64,000 nucleotides of DNA from Octopus vulgaris (GCA_951406725.2 OX597832.1:26412001-26476000), one strand, 5' to 3'; shown: positions 12,216 to 26,183, numbered from the stretch's first letter. Numbers and translations: made by a program. Notes: a model not told the origin generated them from the letters alone.

Positions 12216-13802
12216 CCAGTACACTCTGTAGAGTGGTTGGTATTAGAAAGGGCATCCAGCCGTAGTAACCATTCCCGAACAGATAATGGGGCCTGGTCAA
12301 ACTGTCCAACCCATGCTACCATAGAAAACTGATGTAAAATGATGATCAGAGCACTGGATAAAATGCCTTGTATATTATCTGACTCTCCAAACACTGGGTT
12401 CAAGTTCCAATGAAGTGAGCTTCACTTTTCAGTCATCCTCTCATCATCATCAATTTTTTTAGCATCCACTTTTCTATGTTTGCATGGGTCACATGGAATG
12501 CATTGAGACCAATTTTCTCCAACCACATGCACTTCCTGTTGCCAACCCTCACCTATTTCCCAAACAAAGTGATATTTTTCCCCCAGAGCAGACATGCTTT
12601 GCGTGGAGGCCTGGAAACAAACAACCTCACTTGTATGACAGTGATGCTCATTTACAACCATCATGTAATGTCTAGACAAAGCTGCACACACACACACACA
12701 CACACATGCACACAAGTTCATATACATAACAGGCTACTTTCAGTTTCCATCTACCAAACACACTGTCTGAACATCATCATCATCATCATCATCGTTTAAT
12801 GTCTGCTTTCCATGCTGGCATGAGTTGGATGGTTTGACTGAAAACTGGTAAGGTAAAGAGCTGCACCAGGTTCTGATCTGATTTAGCAAGGTTTCTACAG
12901 CTGGATGGCCTTCTTAACACCAACCACTCCAAGAGTGTAGTGGGTGCTTTTTATGTGCCATTGACCTAACACCAGCATCGGCCACAACTACAAGTCTACA
13001 CAAGCATGGTATATCACCAAAGGTCTCGGTCACCTGTCACTGCCTCCATGAGGCCCAATCTTTGAACGGTGCTTTTTACATGCCACATTTTAATAAGCTT
13101 CGAAAATTATGGAGGATTTAGTAAAAAAAAAAGCTAATATTTGGAACACAAATTATGAAGTCTTGGTGGGCAATTTTAACACTGATCTCTTTCAAACAAA
13201 AAGTTTGTACCACAGAATCAAAGGAAGTCACAAGTGAGTTGATATCAAAACATTTAAACCAGGCTAAGTTCACACACACATACACACATCTACACATACA
13301 TATACTACTTTATATGATACTACATTATATATACTACATTAATTCAAAACTTTTAAACTATCAAATTTATCTTATACATTCATCATGATCATTGTTTAAC
13401 GTCTGCTTTCCATGCTAGCATGGGTTGGACAGTTCAACTGGGGTCTGGGAAGCCAGGAGGCTGCACCAGGCTCCAGTCTGACCTGACAGTGTTTCTACAG
13501 CTGGATGCCCTTCCTAACGCCAACCACTTCATGAGTGTAGTGGGTGCTTTTTACGTGCCACCGGCACAGGTGCCAGACGAGGCTGGCAACGGCCACGATT
13601 GGATGGTGCTTTTTACGTGCCACCGGCACGGAGGCCAGTCAGGGCGGTGCTATTATATTATATTTATATTTTTATATTTATTTATTTATATATATTTTTA
13701 ATACAATAAGGTCTTTCACATGGGTACATCTTTATGTAGAGTTCAATATTAATTTCCTTATATTAATATTAATAATAATATATTATTAAAATATATATGT
13801 AT

Positions 13803-14199
13803 GGCACAGGAGTGGCTGTGTGGTAAGTAGCTTGTTTACCAACCACATGGTTCCGGGTTCAGTCCCACTGCGTGGCACTCTGAGCAAGTGTCTTCTACTA
13901 TAGCCTTGGGTCAACCAAAGCCTTGTGAGTGGATTTGGTAGACGGAAACTGAAAGAAGCCCATCGTATATATGTATATATATGTGTGCGTGTATGTTTGT
14001 GTTTGTCCCCCTAGCATTGCTTGACAACCGATGCTGGTGTGTTTATATCCCCGTTACTTAGTGGTTCGGCAAAAGAGACCGATAGAATAAGTACTGGGCT
14101 TACAAAAGAATAAGTCCCGGGGTCGAGTTGCTCGATTAAAGGCAGTGCTCCAGCATGGCCGCAGTCAACTGACTGAAACAAGTAAAAGAGTAAAAGAGT
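13803..14199 (+). mobile_element. tRNA-derived SINE, family A (full length)
   Basis: A box tggctgtgtgg, B box ggttcagtccc, internal (TA/TG)n, tail gactgaaacaagtaaaagagtaaaag. More than ten copies in the window. Confidence 0.9.
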
Positions 14200-14689
14200 A
14201 TACTACTTTATATGTATGTATGTGTGTGTGTGTGTTCACAAATGCATTATGTATAAAGGCATGCATACATGTAGAAGTAAATATTTCTGTATTTATTGTG
14301 CGGCAAAATAAAGAAACACCATTGGAAATGTTCCGAAAACAAAAATATATCAAGGTTTACTTCACGAACCAAAGTTTCTTAGAATTTCTAAAATATACAT
14401 GGTAAAAAAAATATACCAAACCAACCGTGTCACTGTTTAGCCCCAGGCCATCAAGCACACCTATGATCAAAATATTTCAGCCATGACCATCCCTCATGAT
14501 TTTCTTTTTTTTTTTTTCAGATCAATGTATCTATTTCATTTTTAATGGTAAAGTGTATGGTTCTAGGGGGCATTAGCTGTTATTTTTATCATGTTCAGTA
14601 ATCATACCGAAGTCTGTGTGTGTATGTGTATGCGTGTGTGCGCGCGCGCGTGCATGCACATGAACACACACACACACCTGATTATACTT

Positions 14690-14845
14690 GACCCTTTATA
14701 TTCTAATATTCTATCTGTTCTATGTTGATCCCAGCTAGATCTGGCCTCTCTCACCTACCCTACAATACCATTCTAAACTGATTCAAAACAACATGAATAG
14801 CTAAGCATTACATTCGGCAGAGTAATTTGAATGCTAAAGGGTTTA
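14690..14845. mobile_element. Degenerate second piggyBac-like MITE family
   Basis: Ends accctttatattc and gaatgctaaagggtt form imperfect TIRs. Confidence 0.4.
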
Positions 14846-14871
14846 GAAAATACCCACAAATTCTTCAATCA

Positions 14872-14924
<53 letters not shown>

Positions 14925-15162
14925 TGGAAGAGCATCCAGTGGTAAAAATCCTGCCAAAACTAATTTCACCTGTGCTAGTTCCATGTAAAAAGCACTGAGT
15001 CCACTCTGCAGTGGGGTTGGCGTTAAGAAGGGCATCCAGCCGCAAAATTCCTGCGCAAACAGACACAGTAGCCTAAGGTAGTTTTTCTACCTGGCCAGCT
15101 CCTGTCAACCATCCTATCCATGGAAGATGGACGTTAAATGATTATTATTATTATTATTATTA

Positions 15163-15375
15163 ACGTGGCAAGCTGGCAAAATCATTACCATACCAGATAA
15201 AAAGCTTAGCAGCATTTCATATGACTTTACATTCTGAGTTCAAATTCAGCCAAGGTCAACATAGCCTTTGATCCTTTCGGGATCAATAAAATAAGTACCG
15301 GTTACACACTGTGGTCAATGTAATGAACTAGACCTCTCCCCTAGAATTTCAGGCCTAGAGTTTATAGTACAAAGG

Positions 15376-15413
<38 letters not shown>

Positions 15414-15850
15414 GGCAGTGAGCTGGCAGAAACGTTAGCACACTGGGCGAAATGCTTAGCGGTTTTTCGTCTGCTGCTACGTTCTGAGTTCAAATTCCAC
15501 GGGGGTCGACTTTGCCTTTCATCCTCTCGAGGTCGATAAATTAAGTACCAGTTATGCACTGGGGTCGATATAATCAACTTAATCCATCTGTCTGTCTTTG
15601 TTTACTCCTCTGTGCGTAGCCCCTTGTGGGCAATAAAGATATAAGAATCATTAGCACACCAGGCAAAATGCTTAACAGTATTTCATCCCTCACTACATTC
15701 TGAGTTCAAATTCTGCCGAGGTCAACTTTGCCTTTCATCCTTTTGGGGTCGATAAAATAAGTACCAGTTGAATACTGGGGTCGATGTAATTGACTTAATC
15801 TCCTCCCCCAAAACTGCTACCCTTGTGGCAAAATTTGAAACCATTATTAT
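15163..15850 (+). mobile_element. Cluster of three family B SINEs
   Basis: Repeated ttctgagttcaaattc...gcctttcatcc...aagtacc units separated by (ATT)n. Confidence 0.8.
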
Positions 15851-16516
15851 TATTATTATCATTATCATTATTGCTGTAGAGGATGCATGGTCAAGTGGTT
15901 AGAACATTGCACTCATGATCTAGCAATTGAGGTTTCAATTCCTAGACTTGGTGGTGCATTGTGTCCTTGAGCAAAACACTTCATCTCACGTTGTTTTACG
16001 ATCACTTCAACACTTGATGCATACACCTGTTCAGGTGTATGCATCTGTTCAGGTAATGTCAATTTGATGGAGAGAATGAGCTGATGCCCAGCACATACAT
16101 TTGATCCCTATAAACCAATCATGTGTGCAGGTCGTTCAGCAAAAGCCGAACACTTGTACCTCATCTCCAACGAGCGAGTCCATCGTTATTATAACTAAGC
16201 AACTGACCCCCACCACGGCACTGCTAATAAGTCACAGAGTGGTCAGAAAGATTAATGTTGTTTTGTTTGAAATTGTTGGGAGGTTTTTTTTTTGTTTTGT
16301 TTTGTTTTTTTGGTCCTCTTAATCAATTAAAGAAAAGAAAATTAATTGACAGCAAATCAAGTGCTATTAAAAAAAAGAAAACAAGTGTTGTGAGATAAAT
16401 AATAAAAAAAAAAAATTAAGAATTTTGGAAGCATGCAAAAGCTGGAAGCAGGCAGCATGCAGGTTGTGCAATAATACAGGTAACACAAAGAGCATGCATG
16501 TATGTGTGTGTATGTA

Positions 16517-16551
<35 letters not shown>

Positions 16552-16979
16552 ACACACACATCATAAAAATACATATAAAAACAATCTATGTCAAAAACAT
16601 GAAAATCATTAGCTAATAATAAATTAAGTGTACACATGTGTCTGTGTGTGTGTAAGTGTGTATATATGTGCATGTGTGTGTATATGTATATACATGTGTG
16701 AGTATATATACAAGTGTGTGTATATGTGGGTGTGTGTATATGTATGTGTGTGTGTATATACGTGTGTGTATGTATGTACACACATCATCATCATCCTTTA
16801 ACGTCCGCTTTCCATGCTAGCATGGGTTGGACAATTTGACTGAGGTCTGGAGAACCAGATGGCTGCACCAGGCTCCAATCTGATCTGGCAAAGTTTCTAC
16901 AGCTGGATGCTCTTTCTAGCGCCAACCACTCTGAGAGTGTAGAGGATGCTTTTACGTGCCACCGGCACAAGGGCCAAAG

Positions 16980-17283
16980 TGGAGGCACATGGCCTAGTGG
17001 TTAGAGCAGCAGACTCACGGTCGAGGGATCGTGGGTTTGAATCTCAGCCCTGGCAATGTGTGTGTTTATGAGCGAAACACCTAAGCTCCATGCGGCTCCG
17101 GCAGAAGGGATTACGACAAACTTCTGCTGACTCTTTCACCACAACTTTCTCTCACTCTTTCTTCCTGCATCTTGCAGCTCACCTGCAACAAACCGGCATC
17201 CCATCCAGGTGGGGAACCTATACGCCAAGGAAACTGGGAAACCGACCCTAATGAGCCAGGCGTGGCTTGAGAAGGAACCAACA
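16980..17283 (+). mobile_element. SINE family D variant
   Basis: Same head and aaacacctaagctcca body. Confidence 0.75.
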
Positions 17284-17747
17284 ATGTGGAGGAAGCCTAA
17301 TCATAAGTGGTCAAATTCCTTCAAGATCATCATCATCATCATCATTTAACATCTGTTGTCCATGCTGGCAAGCCAGGGAACTGTACTAGACTCAAATCTG
17401 ATTTGGCATGCTTTCTACAGATGGATGCCCTTCCTAATGCTCTGGGTGCTTTTACGTGGCAGCCACACAGGTGCTCTTACAGGACATCGCCTGGTCACTT
17501 TTACATGGTTCCGCCATGAGTGCTTTTCACTACCAGAGGAACTCGTCTTAACATTTCTGCCGTGGAGTACAGAAAGACAATATCCAGCAACGTCATTACG
17601 GACATATCCCTCAGAGCAAGGGGAGACACAATAGATCGACTTGGTCATCTCTGATATGTTTCCAGTCGTCTTGGCCAACCATGGTTGCCAATCCAGTAAG
17701 ACAGGAGCAACAGAGTGAAGCTGGTCATCTTGTGCTCCTCTCTCTTT

Positions 17748-17778
<31 letters not shown>

Positions 17779-19174
17779 AAAATTTAATCCAAGTCCAACT
17801 TAAGACAGAACCTGAACTACTCCAAAGATCAAACGTGTATGTTTGTATGAGTGCATGTGTATGTATATGTATGGTTCTACATGTGCTTGTTTGTGTATGC
17901 GTGTATGAGTGTGTTTGCGCATGTGTGCATGTATATGTGCTTGTGTATGGGGAAACGTATGGGTATATATATGTGTTTGTCTAAGTATATATGTGTGTAA
18001 ATGTGTATGGCTAGAAATGTGCTTGCTTGTGTGTGTGAGTGAGTGACTCATTGTAGATATATATGGTGTTTGCGTATGGGAATGTGTATAGGTATGTATA
18101 TGAGTGTGTATGTCTAAGTATGAGTATGTATGGGTGAGTGTATAGTTATACATGTGTACAAACAAAAAAATTAAAACTACAAGGAACAGACATTCCACAG
18201 AGACAATGATTCCAACATTACACTCCGCCAAACTTCTTGGAATCTATTGTCATTTCCTTTCTTTAAAGAATAAAACTTACACCTAAGAAACTAAGAATAA
18301 TTCTTTTTTTTTTTTTTTGAAGAAAACCTCAACAATTAAACTCAAAACAAGCAAAAAAGAACAAAACCTTTTCTATTTTAATTTTTTAAAATTTATCAGT
18401 GATTTGTTTTCTTTTTGCTTTAGCAAAAGAAACAAAGAAAACTTTTGGAATCATGCAAGATATTCTACCATTTACCAATTTAGTGCCACAAATGGATGCA
18501 AATCATCATCATCATCATCGTTTAACGTCCACTTTCCATGCAGGCATGGGTTGGACAGTTTGACTGAGGACTGGTGAGCCAGAGGCTACACCAGGCCTAA
18601 TCTAGACAAGAAATCACATCTGACTCTTAAAGAAAGCATTAAGAAGGGCATCCAGCTGTAGAAACTCTGCCAGATCAGATTGGAGCCTGGTGCAGCCATC
18701 TGGTTCACCAGTCCTCAGTCAAATCGTCCAGCCCATGCTAGCAGGGAAATTGTATGTTAAATGATGATGTGATGATGCAGATTAAAAGTAGATAATAATA
18801 TTAATAATATTAATAATAATAGCAACTAGTAATAAACCATCTCATCAAAATTTTGACCTAAAGGAAGGTAAGTGCTGTAGTGTTAACTGTGATTTCTTGC
18901 AGTGAGGCTAAGAAGTCCTTCTTGTAAAAAGAAAGAAACCCCTAAGCATAAGCTAAGGTCACATTTCTGTTCATTTTGAAGCTGCTAAATATAAATAAAA
19001 TTCAACAAAAAAAAGTTTTAATTTTCTAATTTGCTTGCTTTGAGTTATTCTAAATAATTATTTTAGAGAGATTTTACAAAATTTAATTTGATTTTAAAGA
19101 ATTTCCCAAGAAGAATATTATTCATATTTGTAAACCAATTTGGCCAAACGGAATATCATTATTTATCCACTTAC

Positions 19175-19351
19175 TTCGCTTTCTGATTCAGCGTTTTTAA
19201 CTTTTGCTTCTAATTCTTCACATTGCTTGTTCAAATCTTCCATTTCAGAATTCAAGCCTTTGTCCTCGGAGCATTGGGCTTTGAGTTCTTTCAGAGAAAG
19301 TAGGGTTTCGTCACGAGCAGATGTCAGCACATTGATTTGGTCCTTCAGGTC
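19175..19351 (-). CDS. GCC2: GCC2 exon (DLKDQINVLTSARDETLLSLKELKAQCSEDKGLNSEMEDLNKQCEELEAKVKNAESESE)
   Basis: 177 nt, phase 0-0. Acceptor ccttttcag; donor GAA|gtaagt. Confidence 0.85.
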
Positions 19352-19461
19352 CTGAAAAGGTTAAAGAAAACCAATAAATAAAAAAAAAAGTTGTTTCCAG
19401 AATTTTAACATGTCCAATTTTGACACATTTGGGATTCTGAGTTGAGATATATCGTGAGAGA

Positions 19462-19799
19462 TCTGAGACCCCCTTCAGTCATGACTGACCATGGGATTGC
19501 ACATAGAAAGTTACCCTCCCAGGCACAAGTCCGGGCAAGGTTGTTTATGGAAGACCAGCAGTCGCCTATGCATACCAACCTCCCCTCTCCATGCCACCAG
19601 TGTTATCCAAGGGAAAAGCAAAGGGGCCGATACAGCTTGGTTCCTGTGACATTGCAACTCATTTCTACAGCTGAGTGAATTGGAGCAATGTGAAATAAAG
19701 TGTCTTGCTCAAGAACACAACACGCAGCCCAGTCCGGGAAAGAACTCACAACCTCACAATCGTAAGCTCGACGCTCTAACCACTGAGCCATGCACCTTC
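19462..19799 (-). mobile_element. tRNA-derived CORE-like SINE, family E
   Basis: Minus strand: tggctcagtggttagagcg head and gtgttcttgagcaagacacttta CORE-like segment. Tail also seen at 45066-45190. Confidence 0.75.
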
Positions 19800-19844
19800 A
19801 CATCATGAGAGATAGGGGTTTGGTTAATAGAAATATGTTCTATA

Positions 19845-20224
19845 TCTTTTACTTGTTTCAGTCATTAGACTGTGGCCATGCTGGAGCATGGGCTCAAAGC
19901 ATTTCTTGTCAAATGAATCAACTCCAAATTTTTTTTTTAAGCCTGATACTTATTTTATCAGTCTCTTTTGCTGAATCACTAAGTTATGAAGACATAGACA
20001 CACCAACAGTGATTGTCAGGCAATAGTAGGGGACAAACAGATACACACACACATACATATATGCATGATGGGCTTCTTTCAGTTTCTTTCTACCAAATCC
20101 ACTCACAAGACTTTAGTCAGCTCAGGGCTATAGTAGAACACACTTGCCCAAGGTGCCACACAGTGGGACTGAACCCAGAACCTCATGGTTGGGAAGCAAC
20201 TTTCTTAACCACATAGCCATGCCT
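19845..20224 (-). mobile_element. SINE family A (diverged)
   Basis: Reverse complement of the family A consensus. Confidence 0.8.
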
Positions 20225-20330
20225 GAACTTACAGTCAATTTATAGTCCATATCATAACCAGAGTATTACAAAAGGTAAATATTACAAAAATTTCTCTCAA
20301 ATATATTAGTCTTCTGGCATCCTAACTTGC

Positions 20331-20435
20331 CTTATTTTCCAGGACCATTCTGTCTTGTTCTTCCTGCATAAAGTGATACGATGTAGATAAAGTCTCGTTC
20401 TTCATCTGCAAACATTCATTTTGTTCATCAAGCTC
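20331..20435 (-). CDS. GCC2: GCC2 exon (ELDEQNECLQMKNETLSTSYHFMQEEQDRMVLENK) ending in a GC donor
   Basis: 105 nt, phase 0-0. Acceptor tttcttttccag; donor AAG|gcaagt. Read-through hits TAG two codons later. Confidence 0.78.
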
Positions 20436-21569
20436 CTGGAAAAGAAATGAGTGAAAGAAGAAAAAAAGATCAGCTAAAATTCTAACATTTTCAGCAGAAT
20501 ATAAAGCAAAGTTGTTGTCTTTTATAGGATTACTGATTGCAGGGTCACAAGTTCAAACTGTGACAACCACTGGCTTATGTTACTATAGAACTGTGGTTCT
20601 TGACCATTTTTTACCTAAAGAACCCTTTGATTTTTATGTTACAAAGATGGACCCTCATAACCATTAAAAAGTCCTGTAATATCTTGTTTGTGGCTGACGC
20701 CGGTGTCACGTAACTGGCACCCGTATCAGTGGCACATAAAAAGCACCCTTCAAATATCAGGCCTCACAGAAGTGATGACAAGTGACTAAGACCGTTGGCA
20801 ATATGCCGTGCTCAGAAAGAATCATCAAGCCAAGTAGAGTCATAATGGTGGCTCCCATGCCGGTGTCACATAACTGGCACCTTTGCCAGTGGCACATAAA
20901 AAGCATCCATTACACTCTTGGAGTGGTTGGCATTAAGAAGGGCAACCAGCCATAGAAACCATGCCAAAACAGACTGGAATGTGATGCAGCTCTTTGGCTT
21001 ACCACTTCCAGTCAAACCGTCTAACCCTTGCCAGCATGGAAAGCAGACATTCATCATCATCATCATCGTTTAATGTCCGTTTTCCGTGCTAGCACAGGTT
21101 GGACGGTTCAACAGGGGTCTGGGAAGCCAGGTGGCTGCACCAGGCTCCAGTCTGATCTGGCAGTGTTTCTACAGCTGGATGCCCTTCCTAATGCCAACCA
21201 CTCCAAGAGTGTAGTGGGTGCTTTTTACATGTCACTGGCACAGGTGCCAGGGGAGGCTGGCAACGACCATGATCGGATGGTGCTTTTTACGTGCCACCAG
21301 CACAGGTGCCAGGGGAGGCTGGCAGTGGCCACGATCGATTGGTGCTTTTTACGTGCCACCTGCTTCGAGATCCTCTAACGTTTGAAGATAGGCAGGATGG
21401 TCAAAGAGTGTTGTTATTAGTCAATGGTTTATATTTAAACAACATGTCGCATTAACACACAAGGATAAAAAAAAACAAAAATTCATCAAATAAAATGAAA
21501 TAAAGAATTCATGTACTTCTTTTACTCGTCATTAAATGATAATGAGAGGAAAAGCAGAAAGATACTTAC

Positions 21570-21653
21570 TTTTTTCTTATTTTTTAATGAAGAAACTTCT
21601 TTTTCAAGTTCGTTATAACTTTCGAGAATCTCTTTGTGTTTTCTTTCAATATC
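21570..21653 (-). CDS. GCC2: GCC2 exon (DIERKHKEILESYNELEKEVSSLKNKKK)
   Basis: 84 nt, phase 0-0. Acceptor tcttcccag; donor AAA|gtaagt. Confidence 0.82.
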
Positions 21654-22013
21654 CTGGGAAGATCAAAACAGAAGCTTTTAAGTTGGGGCTCCAAAGCAAG
21701 ATGCGACAGCCGAAGGATACAGCCTCCCAAATAAAACACTATCTCTCAATCTCTCTACATATATACATACACACATATATATATACATACACACATATAT
21801 ATATACATACACACATATCTGACAAAGAGCCATGCTCGAAACATCGTTTCTACTCCTATTTTTCCATCTAAACTTTCACTGAGCTTCTATCTAATATATT
21901 CACTATGTTATTCTTATTGTGTTTTATTATTATTACTATTATTATTATCATTATCATTATTATTATTATCATTATTATTATTATTATCATTATCATTATT
22001 ATTATTATTATTC

Positions 22014-22636
22014 TATGTTTGACTTTTGCTTTATATTTGTACAAGTTGGCTCCAAGTCTCACCCAGAGACCTCAAGAGACAACAGGGTTGGAAGTTCATG
22101 TTGTTGTTATGCCTAGTGTGCCATATATTTGGGGGGTGGGGATGTTGTACTAATGAATGTCTAAAAAAAAGTTTTTTTTTTTTTTTTTTTTAAACCGAAA
22201 ATTATGTTTGTTTTAAACCTTGAGATTCCAGTTTAAGTATGCTTGTACAGTGCTAGACTTATCTGTGGGGAAATATATGGCATGGTAGAAGGCCTCAAGA
22301 ACTTCTTTATTATCTTCCCTAGACCATTTTTCCTTCTTTTTCTTTTGATTATTTGGTGATGAGCATGGATGGCCATCTGTTGGAATATTCCGGTTGTGGG
22401 GTTCGTCCAGCTCCTATGTGTTGGGAAGATTTGATCCAGTAACTGATTTTTCAATCAGGATTTGGTTCAATTTTCGGGTACGTGGTCTTTTGTAATCCGC
22501 GCAATGACCAATGCGGTTTATTGTTTGATTTGTTGACCTTGAAGCATGACGAGCATCCATTCTTATATTAGGAGATGGATCTGTCAGTTTAGGGTTCACT
22601 ACATGTAAGCATTGCTCATAGCGCCGCTTCTTAAGA
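22014..22636 (-). mobile_element. R4/Dong-like element retaining its 5' region, probably internally deleted
   Basis: Minus frame reads ...KKKKEKWSREDNKEVLEAFYHAIY..., resembling the R4/Dong N-terminal KW.R..N motif. (TAA/TGA)n on both sides. Confidence 0.55.
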
Positions 22637-22780
22637 CTAATTATTATTATTATCATTATTATCATCATTATCATTATTATTATCATTATCATTATTATCA
22701 TCATTATCATTATTATTATCATTATTATTATTATTATCATCATTATCATTATTATTATCATTATTATTATTATTATTATC

Positions 22781-22817
<37 letters not shown>

Positions 22818-23022
22818 ATATTATAAGGTGGCAAGTTGGCAGAATTGTTAGTCTTTCTTCTTATTATTATTTTTATTTTCAAATTCTGCTGATGTTGACT
22901 TTGCCTTTCATCCTTTCAGGGTCAATAAAACAATAAAAGAAGTACCAGTTATGCACTGGGGTTGATGTAATCCACTATCCTTCTCCCTCAAAATTTCAGG
23001 TCTTGAGCCTTTAGTAGAAAGG

Positions 23023-23054
<32 letters not shown>

Positions 23055-23083
23055 GAAGTTAATAAAAAAGAAAAAGCGTCTAC

Positions 23084-23188
23084 CTGGTGCTGTGCTAATG
23101 TGGCTTCTTTCTCAGCAACGAGTGAATTGTAGGCCTTTTTCATTTCTTCTTTGTCCTCTTCCAACATTCGCACCTGCTCCTGGAGCCC
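23084..23188 (-). CDS. GCC2: GCC2 exon ([35 protein letters not shown])
   Basis: 105 nt, phase 0-0. Acceptor ctctgaacag; donor CAG|gtagac. Coiled-coil peptide. Confidence 0.8.
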
Positions 23189-23242
23189 CTGTTCAGAGAT
23201 AACAATAATAATAATAATAACAACAACAAAATTATAATAATG

Positions 23243-23396
23243 AGTGGCTGTGTGGTAAGTAGCTTGCTAACCAACCACATGGTTCTGGGTTCAGTCCCAC
23301 TGCGTAGCATCTTGGGCAAGTGTCTTCTGCTATAGCCCCGGGCCGACCAATGCCTTGTGAGTGGATTTGGTAGACGGAAACTGAAAGAAGCCCATC

Positions 23397-23440
<44 letters not shown>

Positions 23441-23455
23441 CATATATATATATAC

Positions 23456-23486
<31 letters not shown>

Positions 23487-23580
23487 CAATATATATATAT
23501 ATATACATATACATATACATATATACATATATATATACATATATATACATATACATATACATATATACATATATATATAC

Positions 23581-23629
<49 letters not shown>

Positions 23630-23664
23630 CATATATATATATACATATATATACATATATATAC

Positions 23665-23710
<46 letters not shown>

Positions 23711-23895
23711 ATATGTTAGTGTGTCTGTGTTTGTCCTTCTAGCATTGCTTGACAACCGATGCTGGTGTATTTACGTCCGTGTCACTTAGCAGTTCAGCAA
23801 AAGAGACCTATTGAATAAGTACTGGGCTTACAAAAGAATAAGTCCCGGGGTTGATTTGCTCGACTAAAGGCGGTGCTCCAGCATGGCCGCAGTCA
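23243..23895 (+). mobile_element. SINE family A with a 300-bp internal (TA/TACA)n expansion
   Basis: Head at 23243, microsatellite 23398-23700, body to 23895. Confidence 0.88.
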
Positions 23896-24720
23896 TGGCC
23901 GACTTAATCCGTTTGTCTGTCCTTGTTTGTCCCTTCTGTGTTTAGCCCCTTGTGGGTAGTAAAGAAATAGGTATTCCGTCTGCCGCTACGTTCTGAGTTC
24001 AAATTCCACCGAAGACGACTTTGCCTTTCATCCTTTCGGCGGTCGATAAATTAAGTACCAGTTGCACACTGGGGTCGATGTAATCGACTTAATCCCTTTG
24101 TCTGTCCTTGCTTGTCCCCTCTATGTATGGCCCCTTGTGGGCAGTAAAGAAATAAGAAACTGAAAGAAGCCTGTCGTGTGTGTGTGTGTGACCACAGCTG
24201 CTTGACAGCCAGTGTTGGTGCATTTATGTCCCTGTAATTAAGCGGTTCAGCAAAAGAGACTGATAGAATAAGCCCCAGGCTTAAAAAGATAAGCACTGAG
24301 GTCAATTCATTTGACTTAAATTACCCGAGGTAGTGCTCCAGCATGGCCACAGTCGGAATGAAACAAAGGAAAGACAAAAAAAGGCAAGTAAAAGATATGA
24401 GAATACAGTTAAAGGAGAAAGAAGGATTTCCTTTGTTCTACAATCTGCAAATTATATATCAGTTTGACAGGTAAAATACTTCACAATATCTTAGGAGTAA
24501 AGTGTAGGTAAAATGTATCACATGAACAATAATTAAAAGGCCAAGCCCTGAGGTGATTGGGTCAGGCTTATCTTAAAACTTCTAACTCCTGTCTTAGCCA
24601 ATATTATAGAAAAGAAAAATGTATTTTTACATGCATATATGTTTAAACGTGTGAATGTGTGTATGAAGGAGACAAACAACAGAAAGCTCTCCCTCTCTTT
24701 CTTCTCTCTCTCCATATATA

Positions 24721-24761
<41 letters not shown>

Positions 24762-24927
24762 GAGAGACAGACAGACAGACAGAGATAGATTGATAGGTAG
24801 ATAGGTAGGTAGATAGGTTGATAGATAGGTAGATATTTATATCTATACATAAATTTTACTGAGTGTTAAACTAATACACCTGCATGTTGTTCCTACACCT
24901 GTCTTCATCTCGTTGCCTGTAAATTTG

Positions 24928-25014
<87 letters not shown>

Positions 25015-25059
25015 AGTGCATGCATGTGTGTTACTTCCAATGCCAAAATGTAGCCACCA

Positions 25060-25370
25060 AAACAGACCGAACGTTCAGTCAGCAGTTCCAAATGATCAAC
25101 ATCCAAACATTCTGTAATTTCCAATGATATGTCACCAGATGAGGAGATTAAGAACTGCCTCAGACACTCCTTTGTAGCCCTTGGAAGGATCAAAAAGAAG
25201 GGCTTTTTTGTTTCTAACAATAACAATCTCCACTTCCATACAGAATTCCTTAACTACTGGGCAATCTCTGATACCACTTTCCACAAGAGATATAGAACGA
25301 GGGCCACATTAAGATCCTTGGGGCGTTTTAATGTCCAGTGTCCACAGAAGATCCTTTTAGACTCCTGTTC
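25060..25370 (+). mobile_element. Degenerate RTE-clade reverse transcriptase (thumb region) fragment
   Basis: ISNDMSPDEEIKNCLRHSFVALGRIKKK...LRSLGRFNVQCPQKIL resembles RTE post-RT motifs. Confidence 0.55.
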
Positions 25371-25548
25371 AATAAGATTATGTGTACAGAAACCTCTGTT
25401 AGGCGGTGAGCTGGCATCACTACAAATTCTTCAGTTTGGCATTCTAACTGCTGGAGGAACATTGGAAATATATGGGCGAAACAGCCTGAGCACTAATAGG
25501 GGAATACGAACAGAGGACTATACACAGATCAATATCTAATGCCTTCAG

Positions 25549-26183
25549 TTAACCCTTTCGTTACCAACCTGGCTGAAACTGGCTCTGGCTCTGAGTACAA
25601 ATGTCTTGTTTTTACAAGTTTTGAATTAAAATCTTCCACCAAACCTTAGTCACAATTTATGATAACCAAGTTATTTTACTAAATTCTTTGTTATATCTAA
25701 ACTTAATAGAAAGAAATACAGAACATCTCAAAATAAATACAATAATGAAAGGGTTAATACCACAACAAACTACTAGAGATAATTTATCACAAGATTATAA
25801 TAGGGGCTAGTTTATCAGTCAGTTGGTTCAGAAACAGTGGCCGTCAACCAGTTTTTACATAAAAAGACCCCTTTGATTCATATTTTGCTTAGGTGGACCC
25901 TTATAGCCATTTGATTTTTTAAAAATCCTCTATTACATATTATTAGGAATTGTTTAACCCTTTCGTTACCAACCCTGCTGAAACCATTTCTGGCTCTGTA
26001 GTACAAACGTCTTGTTTTCATAAGTTTTGAATTAAAATCTTCTATCAAACCTTAGTCAAAATTTATATTCCTAACACTAGTTGAATGATAACTAAGTTAT
26101 TTTACTAAATTCTTTGTTATATTTAAAATTAATTGAAAGAAACACAGAGCATCTCAAAATAAATACAGTAATGAAAGGGTTAA
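25549..26183 (+). mobile_element. Composite unit: piggyBac MITE - about 200 bp cargo - piggyBac MITE
   Basis: MITEs at about 25549-25756 and 25953-26183, each with TTAA/CCCTTT ends; cargo at 25757-25953. Confidence 0.85.

Noticed and set aside
23140-23755. Many YI/HT/VC-rich ORFs here and throughout the track
   Set aside because: Translations of (TA)n, (CA)n and (ATT)n microsatellites and SINE bodies.
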